The position numbers were made by a program, and so were the translations under genes. The notes under the pieces are model-generated. The model ran no database searches. It was not told where the DNA came from and saw nothing but the letters and a program-made list of their open reading frames with translations. This document shows positions 1 through 13,000 of a stretch of 64,000 nucleotides of DNA, piece after piece. Source of the stretch: Vicugna vicugna (lineage: Eukaryota); NCBI GenBank assembly GCA_013265495.1, contig MU058384.1:867622-931621 (forward strand), written 5' to 3'. The first letter of the stretch is position 1; every line of letters begins with the position of its first letter.

Positions 1-644
1 TTGCTCATTATTTTATTTCTAATATCTAGAACAATTCTTAAAATAAAGCACAGTAAATATTTCTTGACTTAATAAACATAATCAAGTAAGGAGACATGGT
101 TCTAGTCTCTTAGGAGACAATTTAAGATAGATATTGCTGTAGGACAACTTAAAGTAGTTAAACATCTCATGCATAAACAAAAAGCATATAATTTATGCTG
201 AATAATAATAATTGAAGTTATATTTTACAAGCAAAGTAAAATGACATAAAGTATTACTATGGAGTTTAACAAATGAAAAGGAGCAAGTACAACACTTGAT
301 TCAGCCTCCGATATGTTTTTTAAAACCAATTAAATTCTAGGCCATTTCCTATACCCTGATTTCAGTTTGGTTTACAAAATCACAGAGATGTTACCATTTT
401 AAACAATTGTTTAGATAGATCGTTGAGATTGAAGAAAGTCTAGCATAAAGTCAAGGCAGTTGGAGCTCCTAAAAATCGCATATTCTAGGTTAAGTCCAAG
501 GCTTAAACTTTGAGGTCAATCCACAAATAGTTTTTGTATCCTTAAAGATATTTGAACAGGGAACAACTTAGGCCCAATATGAAACACAAACAGCTGAAAT
601 ATACATATTGACAGAGGATGTCATAACAGATGTTTGCAGTGGAA

Positions 645-684
645 GAAGTCCAGAAATCAGGAGTCCAGAAATCAGAAGTCCAGA
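645..684. repeat. 15-bp tandem repeat, about 2.7 copies
   Basis: gaagtccagaaatca / ggagtccagaaatca / gaagtccaga. Confidence 0.85.
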
Positions 685-924
685 GCCGGACTACAGACTT
701 AGAGGTGAAATCTGATTATTCTAATCAGAGACCGTTGTTCTCTTCCCATGCTTCATATAAATCCTGTGGGATTTGGGCCAGATGACTCCTCATATCTGGA
801 AGGAACTGAAAGTGCTACAAATAAATTTGGTTTCAATTTGGTGAAAGAGAAGCTCTTAAGAAATTCTCATTTTCACATGTAGGTTAGTTTCTACGGAGTG
901 TGCAAAACAAAATAAAATCCAATG

Positions 925-1247
925 TGAATGAATAGGTGGAGCACAGGAGACTTTTCAGGCAGTAAAAATATTCTGTATGATACTATGATGATGGATATAT
1001 GTCATTATACACTTGCCCAAACCCATAATATATACAACACCAAAAGTGAACACTAAGGTAAACCATGGACTTTGAATGGTTATGTTGTGAAAATCTACGT
1101 TCATTAGTTGTAACAAATGTATCACTCTGGTGGAGAATGGGGGAAGTTATGCATGTGTTGAGGGCAGGGGATATATGGGAAATCTCTGTATCTTCCTCTC
1201 AATTTTGCTATGGACCTTAAACCCCTCTAAAAAAAATAGTTTTAAAA
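925..1247 (+). mobile_element. L1 3' end fragment (L1MC1/2-like)
   Basis: Typical L1MC 3' UTR text (gaataggtggagcacagg...ctctgtatcttcctctcaattttgct...) ending in an A-rich tail. Confidence 0.8.
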
Positions 1248-1744
1248 CACACCCCAAACCTGTAACAATAAGATAATCAGAGACAAATTAACATTCCAAA
1301 GAAATTGTTTGGAATTAGCAAACTGTGATTGCATTATTTGGTTAAAGATTCATTTTGTTATGTTACCTGTCACTAAACCTAATTACCAGGTGGTGGAAAA
1401 TAGTTCCATTGCCGAATCTGTCAAAATGATCTCAGTGTATAACAACAAAGTCTATCACCACGGCTATTAAACAAGAATAGGAACATCAAACGCAGCAAAG
1501 AAAAGCTGTAGACTAACAATCCACCCTTACTGTAAAACTCAGAGGAGCTATGATGGAAGCATATTTTGAAACTTAGTTAATATAAATTCCCTTATTTTTA
1601 TACCTACAAAAATCTACATTTTCAGTGCATATGCATACACATACTGCCACACATATATGTATTTAGTTCATTAGTATACACATACACACATGCACACTTA
1701 TATACAAAGGGCTCTCAACGTCCAACATCCCTTATTTTTTTAAT

Positions 1745-4550
1745 CAGTTTCATACATATTTTCAGCTGTTTCAAAATTGTTAACTCATACCCCCATGAGA
1801 AATGACTTTACTAAGCAGACTACAGTTCTTGTAGACAGTACCTTTTGTCATCAGACTTACAGTATCCAGTCATTTTTTAAAACTTACTGAGATCAGCACC
1901 CCTCTTTTTGCCACCTTCAATGTTGTTGTGTAACATATTCTTAAGAGATATTTTTGCCACAGTCTGAAATCAATCTAGAAATCCCCCACCCTCCTTGTGG
2001 AAGATTTTTCTTAATTTAGAAATTTCAAGGTTCCTTTTTGTCATAAAGTGGTATGAGTTTTGAGAAACAACCAGTATCATGTATCATTCAGTATTATACA
2101 GAATAGTTTCACCATTTTAAAAAGCCCTTGTGCATCACCAGCAACCCTTCCCCTTTCCAAAACCCCTGGAAGCCATTGACTGATTTTCCTTCTCTTACAG
2201 TTCTGGCTCTTTCAAATGTCACATTAAGGGAATCATATAGGATAGATCACTCTCAGTCTTGATTCTATACTTAGAATTATGCCTTTAAGATGCATCCCTG
2301 TCACAGCTTGTTCCTTCGGATGGTTGAATTGTATTCCACACTATTGATGTACCGCAGTTAATTCATTGTCACCAATTGAAGAACAACTTGGTTGATTCCA
2401 GTTTTTGGTGATTATGAACAAAGATGACGTAGACATTTATGTTCAAGTTTTTTAATGGAAATAGGTTTTAAATCAGTCACATAAATACCTAGGAGTATGA
2501 CTGCTAACTCATATGTTAATTGAGGCTTAGCTTTATGAGAGACTGACAAACGGTCTTCTAAGTTGACTATATTTGGGTGGTTATATTCTGTGCACTCAGT
2601 TTTATTCCATTGATTTGTGTGTCTGCTCTTTCACTAATTCTAGATTGTCCTGATTATTGCAGTTTTATAGTAGTTCTTAAAAATCACATACTGTGATTCT
2701 TCTAACTTTGTTTTTCTTCAGAATTGTGTGGGCTTCACTAGATCTTTCGTATTTCCATATAAAGTTTAGAATCAGTTTGTTAATAACTATAAAAATTATC
2801 TGGGATTTTGTTCAGGATTACACTGAATCTATTGATCAAATTGGGAAAAACTGATGCTGTAAAAATATTAAATCTTTCATCCTATGAATACAGACTATCT
2901 CTCAAAAGTCTTTTTTAATTTTATTTTTTTCATTCATTAGTCTTTTATAGTTTTCCACACATAGATCCTATATATTTGTGAGATTGACAACAAAGTGCTG
3001 ACTATATTTTAGATGATATTGTAAATGACTTTTTTATTTTAATATCTTATTGTTCATTGCTAGTATATAAGAAGGCAGTTGACATCTGTATTTTGAGAAC
3101 TTGCCATACTTGCTTATTAGTTCCAAATTTTCTTGTATATTCTCTACATAGACAATTATATCATATACAAATAACATTTTAGGTCTTTCTTTTTGACAAT
3201 ATACTTTTTTTTTTCTTATTACAACAGTTAAGATGTCCAGTATGAGGTTAAATGGCAGTGGTGAGAGAGGACATTCTTGCTTTATTCCCAATTTTAGGGG
3301 GTAAGTGTTCAGTCTCATTAGTGTAATGTTATCTACAGATTTTTCATAAAAAGTATTTATTAGAAATTTCCTTCAATGCTTAATTTTTGAGTCTTTATCA
3401 TGCATGCCTCTTGAATTTTGTAAAACACCTTTTCTGAATGTACTGATATAATCATATTTACTTTAATATGAGGAATTACAATGGTTGATATGCAAACATT
3501 GAATAGGCCTTATATTCCTGGAATGAATCACATTTGATCATGATGTATTTTATTTTTATATGTTGCTGAATTGAATTTGCTAATATGTTTTTAAGGACCT
3601 TTGTGTCTATGGTCATGAGAGATATAGATCTTTAGGGTTTTTTGGTAATATTTTTTATGGGTTTGGTAATAGAGTAATTCTGGCCCCTTAAATGAATTGG
3701 AAAATATTTCTTCCTCCACTATTTTCTGAAAAATATTGAGTAAAATTCATATTATTTATTCCTTACATCTTAAGTATAATTCAATGTTCAAATTATTGGG
3801 GCCTGGTGTTTTGGTTTTTTTTGGAAGGTTTTTTTGAGACTAATTCAATTTTGTTAATAAATATATGGCCATTTAAGTCAGCTGGTTTTCTTTGAGTGAT
3901 TTTTTTATAGTTTGGGCCTTTCAGTGAATTAATCTGTATCACCTAAGTTATCAAAATATGGGCATACTGTTTATAATATTAACTGATTATTGGTTAACAT
4001 CCATGAAATCAGTAGTGAAGACCCCTCCTTTATTCATGATACTGACAATTGCTGTCTTCTCCTTTCCCCTTGGTTTGTGTGGCTAGAATTCTATTAATTT
4101 TAATATTTTTTCCAAAGGACAAAGTTTTGGTTTTAAAGATGTTCTCTATCATTTTTCTGATTTCAATTCCATTGATTTCTGCTTAAAACTTAATATTGCC
4201 TTCACTTTGCATGATTTAAGTTTAATCTGATCTTCTTTCCCTTGTTTTCTAAGGTAGAAGCTTAGGTTATTGATTTCAAATGGGTTTTTTTTTTCCAACC
4301 TATATATATTTAATGTTGTGAACTTCCCCCTAAGCACTGCATTTGTTACACCCCACAAATTTTGATAAGTTGTATTTTTGTTTTCACTTATTTTGAAATA
4401 TTTTTTAGATTTCTTGAGGCTTCTTCTTTGACCCATGTGTTATTGATGAACACATTATTTAATTTCCAAATTTGGGAGGCTTTTTAAGCATCCTCTCAGT
4501 TACTGATTCTAGTTTATTCTCCTGTGCTCTAAAACTGTACTTTGTATAAA
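1745..4550 (-). mobile_element. Degenerate L1 (L1MD/MC-like): 3' UTR plus ORF2 remnant
   Basis: ORF 3034-3318 gives PLKLGIKQECPLSPLPFNLILDIL...YDIIVYVEN, matching L1 RT ([20 protein letters not shown]...DDMIVYLEN). ORF 4149-4436 gives ENKNTTYQNLWGVTNAVLRGKF, matching L1 ORF2 after the endonuclease domain. Many stops and frameshifts. Confidence 0.9.
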
Positions 4551-4559
4551 TGAATAGCC

Positions 4560-4845
4560 TCTGGCCTCAGGAATTTTTTAATTCTCACAATAGCCCATAG
4601 ACAGCCCCTGGAAATTTGTCAAAATCATTATTTAAGTTCTTGAGTTTGTGGAGTCTGGTGTCCTAGATACTTCTCTCTCTAGATGCATGAAATGCTCCAG
4701 AGTTCAAGATGGCAGTTTGCTCTGTGACCTAAATTAAGTCTTAGAAAAGGTGTTGATTTCCAACACTTTTTCCAGTTCATTCATATATATAAAGAGAAGA
4801 CAGGGGATTCTAACCCCTTTACATACAGCAGCTGAAACCATATAT
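4560..4845 (-). mobile_element. L1MD/L1MC-type 5' end fragment
   Basis: gatggcagtttgctctgtgacct...aaaggtgttgattt...ctttacat...gctgaaacc resembles the reverse complement of old L1M 5' termini; abuts the ORF2 remnant in the same orientation. Confidence 0.55.
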
Positions 4846-5049
4846 CTACATTTCTGTTTGACCATTTAAATTCCTTTTGTTAATGTTTATGTTTTAATAT
4901 GCTTAGTTCATCCTTATATTTTATATTCTTAGAAGCTGTGTTTATGGACTATTTATGGTAAACTAGAATTCAACCTGTTCTTTTTATCTTAAAGTAATCA
5001 TTTTTACCTATAACGCCAGGTGGAAATGTGTTCCATTTTATATTCAATT

Positions 5050-5350
5050 ATTTTTAATAGTTGTATTGTGATATAATTTACATATAATAGAATTATCTTA
5101 ATATAGGTATATAGTTATATGAATTTGAATAATTGTATATACTGCAACAAGATATTGGAAAGTCCAATTGCCCTAAATAATTCCTCTGACACTTTAGTCT
5201 TCATCCTCTTCCTGGATCCCAGCTCCAGAGGCTACTGGTTGGCTTTCTGTTACTAGTTTTGCCTTTTCTATAAATTCATAAAAATGGATCATGCAGGTAT
5301 GTAGTCCTTTGTGTTTGACTTATTTCACTTAGTGTTTTTGAGATTCATTC
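5050..5350 (-). mobile_element. L1 3' end (L1MB7/8-like)
   Basis: gatataatttacatataat...ttttgccttttcta...aatggatcatgcag...gacttatttcacttag...ttgagattcat. Confidence 0.75.
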
Positions 5351-5354
5351 ACTT

Positions 5355-6060
5355 TTTCTTTTACCCTCCATATCCAATCCATCAGCAAATTTAGTTGTCT
5401 ACCCCTAAAAATATTTATTACTGACCTACTTCTCTTTGGATTTACCTCTAGCAGCCTGGACTTCCTGGAAAACTGTGTAGCCTGGCATCCTTGTGTCAAC
5501 TTTTATTTTGTCCAGTTAAATATTCTCTCTCCTTCACCCTAGACTCCCCAGTCTTCCAAACAACAACCAGAATTTTCTTTTCTTTCGTTTCTTTCTTTCT
5601 TTTTTTTTTTGTAGTAAATCAGTTTATGTCATTCTCCCTGCTTGAAACCCTTCAGTCACTTTCTAGTTTACTTGGGAAAAGTTTGAAATAACTGTTCATG
5701 AGGTTTCCAGTGACTTCTCCAAACACATGCCATTTCGTATTGCAGTTCCAGCTACATTTCAATCCACACTTCTGTCTCTCCACTACCATGCTCTTTCTCT
5801 CTGCTGACATTTCTCTCTCCTCAGCTATATGACTGACTGATTTATTCCATTCTTAGGACTCAATTGTCCTCCTGTAGACAGTCTGTTCCTAGTTACTCTG
5901 AATGAAATAGCACCAGTCAGCCCATTTATGATATATCCTGACTATGTGTTTCATACTACTTATTATAGTCTATAACTCATTTGTTCACTTACTTGTTTAT
6001 GTTTTTATTGTAGCACCCTGAATACAATGTAAGTTCCATGAGACTATGTTGGGGCCCCAG
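5355..6060 (+). mobile_element. L2 fragment
   Basis: ccatatccaatccatcagcaaat, ccctgcttgaaacccttcagt and tgtaagttccatgag are L2-like motifs in consensus order. Confidence 0.6.
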
Positions 6061-6169
6061 CTGCATGTAGACTAATACATAAAAGACACTTACGATACCC
6101 AATATATACCCCAGTATCCATGTTCTTATGTAGTCCACCCTCATATTGCATGAGCTAACCTGTAAAACT

Positions 6170-8290
6170 AAGATGAAATTAGACTGTATTTTGGACCATA
6201 AAGTAAGTCTCAATAAATCTGAAAGTATTCAAATAATACAAAGTATATTCTCTGACCACAGTGTGATTAAGTTAGAAATTAGTACCAGAAAGATCTCTAG
6301 AAAATTTACAAATATTGGACTGAATAACACATTCATAAATAATCTATAGATCAAAAAGTTAATCAAAAAGCGAATTTAAATAAGTTTGGACTGAATGTAA
6401 ATTAAAATACAACATATCAAAAGCAATAGCTATAAGGAGTATTTATTTATAGCACTAAACATCTCTGTTAGAAACTACCTTATCAATTACCTTGGCATTA
6501 GTCTTAAGAAATGTAAAAAGGAAGTCATTTAATCATAAGTATGGAGAGGGAAGAAAATAGAATGAAAATCAATGTATGTAAAACAGATTAACAATGGAAA
6601 AAATGAAACCAACATGATTCTTCAAGAAGACCAATATAATTTATAATGATCCAGTCAGAAGGATCAGGAAAAAAAGAGAGAGGAAGACAAAAGACTTGAA
6701 TTATCAATAGCAAAAATTAGAGAAGTGAAATCACTACAGATTTGTCAAGTATTAAAAGTTAATAGAGGAATATTACAATCATTTTGTGACAATAAATATG
6801 ACAGTGTGGATTAAATGGACAAATCTCTTGAAAGAAACAAACCACCAAAGCAATCTCAGTAAGAAACAGATATTCTGAATAATTTCTACCCACAAAGTAA
6901 TTGAATTTGTAATCAGATCATTTCCCTGGAGAATTCAATCAAGCACTAAAGGAAGAAATAATTACAATTCTAAACAAACTCTTCTAGAAATATGAAGAGA
7001 AAGAAATATTTCCCAACTTACTCTATGAAGCCAGCATTATTTTGTTACTAAAAGCAGGTAAATATCAAAAGAAAACTACACACCAATGCTCCTCATGAAC
7101 AGTGATGCAAAAATTTTAAATTAAATGTTGTGAAATCATTCCAAAAAAATAATAAAAATGATGATACATTGTGATCAAGGGAAGTATATTTAATTTAACA
7201 TTCAGAAAGCAATTAACAATTTTACATATTAACAAGTTACATATAAAATGATCATCTCAATAGAAGCAGAAAAAGCATGTTATAAAATTCAACATCCACT
7301 ACTGTAAAAACTCTCAGGAAATTACAGATGGAATGGAGACCCTTCATTCTGATAAAGAGCTTTCATGAAAAACAAGTGGATTCTGAATGTTTTTATTCCA
7401 AAATTAGAAGCTATTGTCAATTTCAGCATATTTGGTCAACATTGTGCTGAGTATTGTAGCCAGTGTAATAAGAGGAAAAAAGGAAATAAAATTCATTTAG
7501 GTTTTAAAGAAAGAAAGAAATTATCTTTACTTGAAAACTACATGTTCATATATGCAGAAAAAGCACTATAATCTTTTAAAAGCTAGTACAGATAATAAGG
7601 GAGTTTAGCAGGTTACAACCTAAGATCAATGTACAAAACAAAAATTTTGAATTTCTATTTACTATCAAAGAACAATCAGTAGTTGAAATTTAAAATAATT
7701 CCACTTAAATAACATAAAAACATGAAATAATTAGATATAAATCCAACAAAGGATGTGTGGGACCTATATACTGAAAATTAAAAATCATTAAAATTTAAAA
7801 GTCATTTAAAGAAGGCCTAAATATGGGCATTGGCTAGAAATCTCAATATTCTTAAGATGTCAGTACTCTTTAAATTGATCTACAAACGTATTAAGGGCAA
7901 TACTAGTCAAAATCTCAGCAAAGTAACTAATGAATTATTAATTATTAATATAATATGGTAAATGTCAAAATAATTAAGTTGTGTAAAAAGCCAGACAAAA
8001 AAGAATATATATGCTATGAATCTATTTATATGAAAATTCTAGAAAATACAAACGCATAGATAATTACAGTATGAGCAGTAATAATCTTGGGATGGAACCA
8101 GGTGGAGAGGAAACACAGGGAGGCATTACAGAGTCCAGAGAAAACTTTTAGAAGTAATGGATATGTTTACTATCTTGTTTGTGGTCATGATTTCACAATT
8201 GCACACATATATCAGCATTTTCCTAAGTGTACAGTTTAAATATGTTCAGTATAGTCTATGCCAATTATATGCTAAGTAGTTTCAAAAAAG
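6170..8290 (+). mobile_element. Degenerate L1 (L1ME-like): ORF2 from endonuclease C-terminus to RT, then 3' UTR after an internal gap near 7920-7965
   Basis: ORF 6146-6349 gives LDCILDHKVSLNK...IIQSIFSDHSVIKLEI, the L1 endonuclease SDH motif. ORF2-like text continues to about 7920; L1ME-type 3' end at 7965-8290. Confidence 0.9.
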
Positions 8291-8479
8291 ACTGACAGTA
8301 AGTAAATGCTCCACTTTACTCTTTTCCTCATTCACACAAAATCTTCTCAGAGAAAATCATGGGGTTTTTTTGTCATGTTCTCTTATATGTTTTGATGAAT
8401 TTATAGACATAATCTTGTATCTAAACATTTATAAAATTTTACATAATTTTTACAATACCGCATTATTTCCCAACTTTCA

Positions 8480-8830
8480 GAAAAAATAAATCAATGAGAA
8501 GAGAAAATTTCCAAGAACTGGAAATATATATGAATTTTTTATGGTAAGAAGTCACCAACTGTCAGGTAGAATGTATCTAAACAGATCCACAATGAGATCA
8601 TCCTCCCTTAATTTCAGAACAACAAACACACAGAAGAGCCTAAAACCTTGGGAAAGATTTTTGGATAAGCAGGAAAAAGGTTACTTACTCAGGAATGAGA
8701 CTCAGATGGCTGTCAAGCTGCATTATTAGTACTGGATTCTAGATGACAAAGAAACATCTTTGAAGCCCTGTGGGATAGGTATTTTGAACACATAATTATA
8801 AATTCATCCAAGCAAGTTTTCAAGTGTGCC
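8480..8830 (+). mobile_element. HAL1/L1 ORF1-like remnant
   Basis: gaaaatttccaagaactg...aatttcagaac...ggaatgagactcagatggc...ttttgaac resembles the ORF1 C-terminal region. Confidence 0.45.
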
Positions 8831-8986
8831 CTCTCTCTTAGCACCAACAAGTTATTTGGAGACTCAAATGAGAGCAATCTCAGCAGCTGATGGGGAGAAA
8901 AAAAAGTTTGCAGGCAAAGGCAGATTTATCATGAAGCTGGTGAAGCTTGAACTTCAGTCTTTCAGTTGCTTATAAATTTCAGATCC

Positions 8987-9032
8987 TGTGTGTGTGTGTG
9001 TGTGTATGTGTGTGTATACATATAGATATACA
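8987..9032. repeat. (TG)n/(TA)n microsatellite at MLT2 edge
   Basis: tgtgtgtg...tatacatatagatataca. Confidence 0.9.
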
Positions 9033-9493
9033 TAAAGATATTTATTATAAGAAATTGGCTTGTGCAATTATGGAGGCTAAGTCCCACCATCTGCTGTCTT
9101 CAATCTGGAGACCTAGTAAAGCCTGATGATGTAATCAAGTTCAAGTCCAAAGACGTAAGAATGAGAGGAGCCTATGATGTAGATTCCAGTCCAAGTCTGA
9201 GGCCTAAGAACCAGAGCCCCAAGGGCAGAAGAAGACAGGTATCACAGCTCAAGCAATCAGGCAAGAAAGGCTGACTTCTTCTTTCTTTCACGTTTTGGTT
9301 CTGTTCTGGACCTTGACGGATTGGGTGATGCCTGCCCACACCTGGGAAGGCAAACCACTTTACTGGGCTCACCAATTCAAATGCTAATTTCATTCAGAAA
9401 CACCTTCACAGACACACCCAGAAATAGTGTTTTGCCAAATATTTGGGCATCCCATGAATTCAGTTAAGTTGACACATAAAGTTAACAGTCACA
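9033..9493 (-). mobile_element. MLT2-type ERVL LTR
   Basis: atttattataagaaattggct...attatggaggct...caccttcacagacacacccagaaat...aagttgacacataaagttaacagtcaca. Confidence 0.9.
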
Positions 9494-9820
9494 CCATGCA
9501 AAACCTTGCTACATGACTAAATGCAGCAAGTTAAGCAGTCGGTATCAAGTTAGGAAAAAGAAAAGTAAGTAGAGGTGGCTTTTTCAAGGAGCAACAGCTG
9601 GAGAGATGATAGTAGCAACAGGAAACCATAGTCAAGAAGTTTCTTTAGAAGACCGACTAAAATATGTTTATAAGAAACATGGTACTAAGAAGGGAGAAGG
9701 TGAAAATTCCCTGGAAAGTAGAACTAATTTATAGAGAAAAGTATGAAAGAAATAGAAAAGGGTTTGGTTACTCAAACTGAAAAATCTGCCTTGAACTAAT
9801 ATAAAGATTTGTTCTCTCAC

Positions 9821-10052
9821 CTTAGTATTGCCATAGGAAAGAGCACTGACATTCATTTTTTGAGGGAGTATGGTTAGGCCAGTCATGCCTGATGGCTTTA
9901 TTTTTTGTTGTGAAACAGGAAGAATGCTGTCTGCTAATATATTGGCATTTTTTTCTGAAGGTGTTTCCCCTGGTGTATAATTTATTTGCAATATTTTCTG
10001 GAATGAACTATTATGTTGCAGAATCAATATGACATACCTATTGTGATCAGTC
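9821..10052 (-). other. Exon-like segment (232 nt, one open frame), product unrecognised
   Basis: Minus-strand acceptor ttttatatttcag| and donor aag|gtgaga; open frame TDHNRYVILILQHNSSFQKILQINYTPGETPSEK...SYGNTK. Confidence 0.2.
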
Positions 10053-13000
10053 CTGAAATATAAAATTCTCCAGACAGCTTCTTTTCACGTCCGCTGATTT
10101 TACAGATAAATAGATTGAGATGTGTTTAACATGGCCTGTCAATCAGTTCCTCATCATGTGCAAGCCTAGGAAAAGCAGTTGCCTGAGTATCAAAAGCTTC
10201 TGGTTCTTTGCACTGTGTTTCCGCAGGCCTCAGCCTCCTCCTCACATAATGTGTGTTATCAGACTAGGATCTCTTGTTTCTAAGATTACATGAGCATAAT
10301 TTAAATTTATTTACTATCTGAACAGAAAAATTAGAGTATGGGAAAGGAAGGAATAATTGTAAAGTGAGGTAATCAGAACATCTTCAAGAAAGAATAATTA
10401 AGCTGAATCTTAAAGAATAAATAGAATCTACATAATAAAATCTAATAAGATTTGTATGTTTTGTAAGTCAAGTGATTTCCAATTTATATAATATTTTATT
10501 CATTCCTCTTGTCATGGCAATATAATGTATTATAAATGTTATTTTCATCCTAAAGACAAGATATTGAAGCTCAGAAAGAAAACAGAGTTCTAATTATTGC
10601 ATACCTACAAAGTTCCAGGCATTGTAATAGATGCTGGCAATTCTGTTGTAAATAAGATATGGCCCATATTCTAGAGGAGCTCATTAATTAATGGAAATTG
10701 GATGAAGAGATGAAGAAATTAAGACGACATAACAGAGGACTTTGAAAGCCAATCAGAAACTCGTAGACAATTTCCTTTCTGTTACTCAGATACTTCATCA
10801 CAAATCAAGATAAGGAAGTTCCAAATGATATTTCACCTCACAGTATTCATTATTTCACTAGTAGAAATGTATTTATTATACCATGAAGGTAATAATCTAA
10901 AAAAAAGGGAAAGACTATATTTATATTTCTTGTCAATTTACATGATACATATTTAATTAACTAGGAATCTGTAATCTATCTGAAGTTATTAAGTGTACTT
11001 GATGAATAGTCAATAAGAGCCACTTACATATAATAATATGAAAAAAGCTGAAAGAAAATCAATCAGCCCATTATGAGGAATAATATCACAATAAGAAACA
11101 GAATGGTGACCTATTTCTTAAATAATTAAACTAAATTTCCTGTTACAAAGTCATGGTGTAATTTAAATGACTCTCTTCTAAGTAACTCAAATTCTCATTT
11201 GTAGTTTTTTTCTGTAGTCTATTTCTGCCTTGCAAGCATAAATAATGTGTTGGCTCTCATTAATTATAGTTATCAATGTGTCTTCATTTTTGTTCACACC
11301 TTATATAGGAATGTTAGAAAATGAATTATTCCTTTATACAATGTGATATACATGAAGTAATTATTTTAAAATATTTTAAATTCTAAATGATGATAATATA
11401 TTAAACTATTTTTAATAAATACATGAAAATCCTGATTCATATTATCTTAATGGAAACACATTCAGTAGCAAAACAAACATGCTGGTAAAGGTTCTTGAAT
11501 AAAATTGAAGTTATTCCCAGACCCAAAAAGAGCTCATCTGAAGCTAATTTACATGTGCTTTAAGTTCATCGTTCCTATCTATGCAGTTTTACAGTATTTG
11601 GCTTTGAGCATGTACAGTTTTGAGTGATGTTGTTATCAACTGCAGAGTTCTCCAATAATCTGAGTCCAAAAAACAAGTGTATATGAAACATTAACTTACT
11701 TTCATTCTGTAAAATCTAACAATTATTTTTATGAATTTAATTTCACTGGGTGTTGGAAACTTTCCATCAGCCAGTTAAGGGTTTCCCTGTCTTTTCTGAG
11801 AATTTCTTATGAAAATAAATAGTACAAGGAATGGACAGACAGGCATATGGTCTAAGGTCCTCTTCTGTCCACATTTTCATCATCTGCGGTATATATTCTA
11901 TCTTCTGATCCTGGGTGGTCAAGTTATGAATTATTCTTATTTTTTGACCCTAAAGTCCTTTCCAGTGTGTCTAAATCTCTAGTACTCTCAGGTGTTTGGA
12001 AACATTTGCTACACCCCAAAGTGCTGAGTAATGGGAAACACAGTTTACATCTTTAAACCAGGACTCTCATTTGGGCGATCAAGAAGGTATTAAGTTCTTC
12101 AGCATCTGTCACATCCTCACCCTCCTGTCCCCTCCTGCCTGAACACACAAAGCAAAAGGAATCAATCAGGAGAAGAAAGAGGTGTGAAAGTGGGCTGAAT
12201 ATTTTCAGCTGTTGGTACTCCTAGAAACTCAATCTGTTATTGCTGTGGTTGAACTCAGCGTTTATATATATGAGCTCTGACCTCATAATTAAATATATTT
12301 TAACATTTTGAATGGTATCTATTTTCCACCCTCACTTGGAGCCCTGGCCGAAGGTCTACAGCAGCCTGTGGTAGCATGTCTCTGCTCACAAGGCATGTTA
12401 AGAGGATAAGAAGACACAGGATAAGACTCTTCCATCCTGCGAGACTGGAAGTCCCTAAGGATGTAAGGGGACAAAGACGCTTTCTCTGGGACTTAAATCC
12501 TTTGAAACTAAGGCTGATCCATAGCCCAGAGGAGAAGAAGCCACTGCACTTGCCCTCCTCTTAGCACTGCTCCTCATAGAGGTAACTGATGAACAACCAG
12601 AGCAAAGTAGTCAGTGTCTACGGGGGCCAGCTACAGGGCTCACTTGGCATCAGAGAGGAAATCAAAACTGCAATATCGCCATCTAGAAAATATGACTGGA
12701 TATTCATATATATCCAATTTTTGAATTGGATACCTAGGTGAGTGGAGCTGGAATACTGAACAAGGAAGACACCTCAGTGTCTCTGTGTGCAAATTGGAGT
12801 CTGTCTTGCAGCTATAGGCATAGACACTTGGACACAGCCAGACAGAATAGAACTCCAGAGCCCCAGGTCTCCCCTCAAAGGGAAAGACCACACAAAAAAA
12901 TATAGAAGAGCAACACGCGTAAGGCAAGACTGAGAACTGGATTTCCCACTTAAGGACCTACCTCAAAGAGTGACATGGCTGACACGGGTAATTAGGAAAG

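Noticed and set aside
3034..7571. Reverse-transcriptase/endonuclease-like ORFs as a functional RT system
   Set aside because: Short, frameshifted fragments of dead L1 ORF2 with a degenerate catalytic motif (YDII in place of ADDM)
9062..9393. Overlapping ORFs on both strands
   Set aside because: Lie inside the MLT2 LTR; the same applies to ORFs at 16200-16813, 36484-36756 and 47881-48156 in other LTRs
12372..12400. Two p53-like half-sites
   Set aside because: Each has a mismatch and they are 9 bp apart; weak
12675..12692. CTCF-like cgccatctag
   Set aside because: The rest of the core motif is missing
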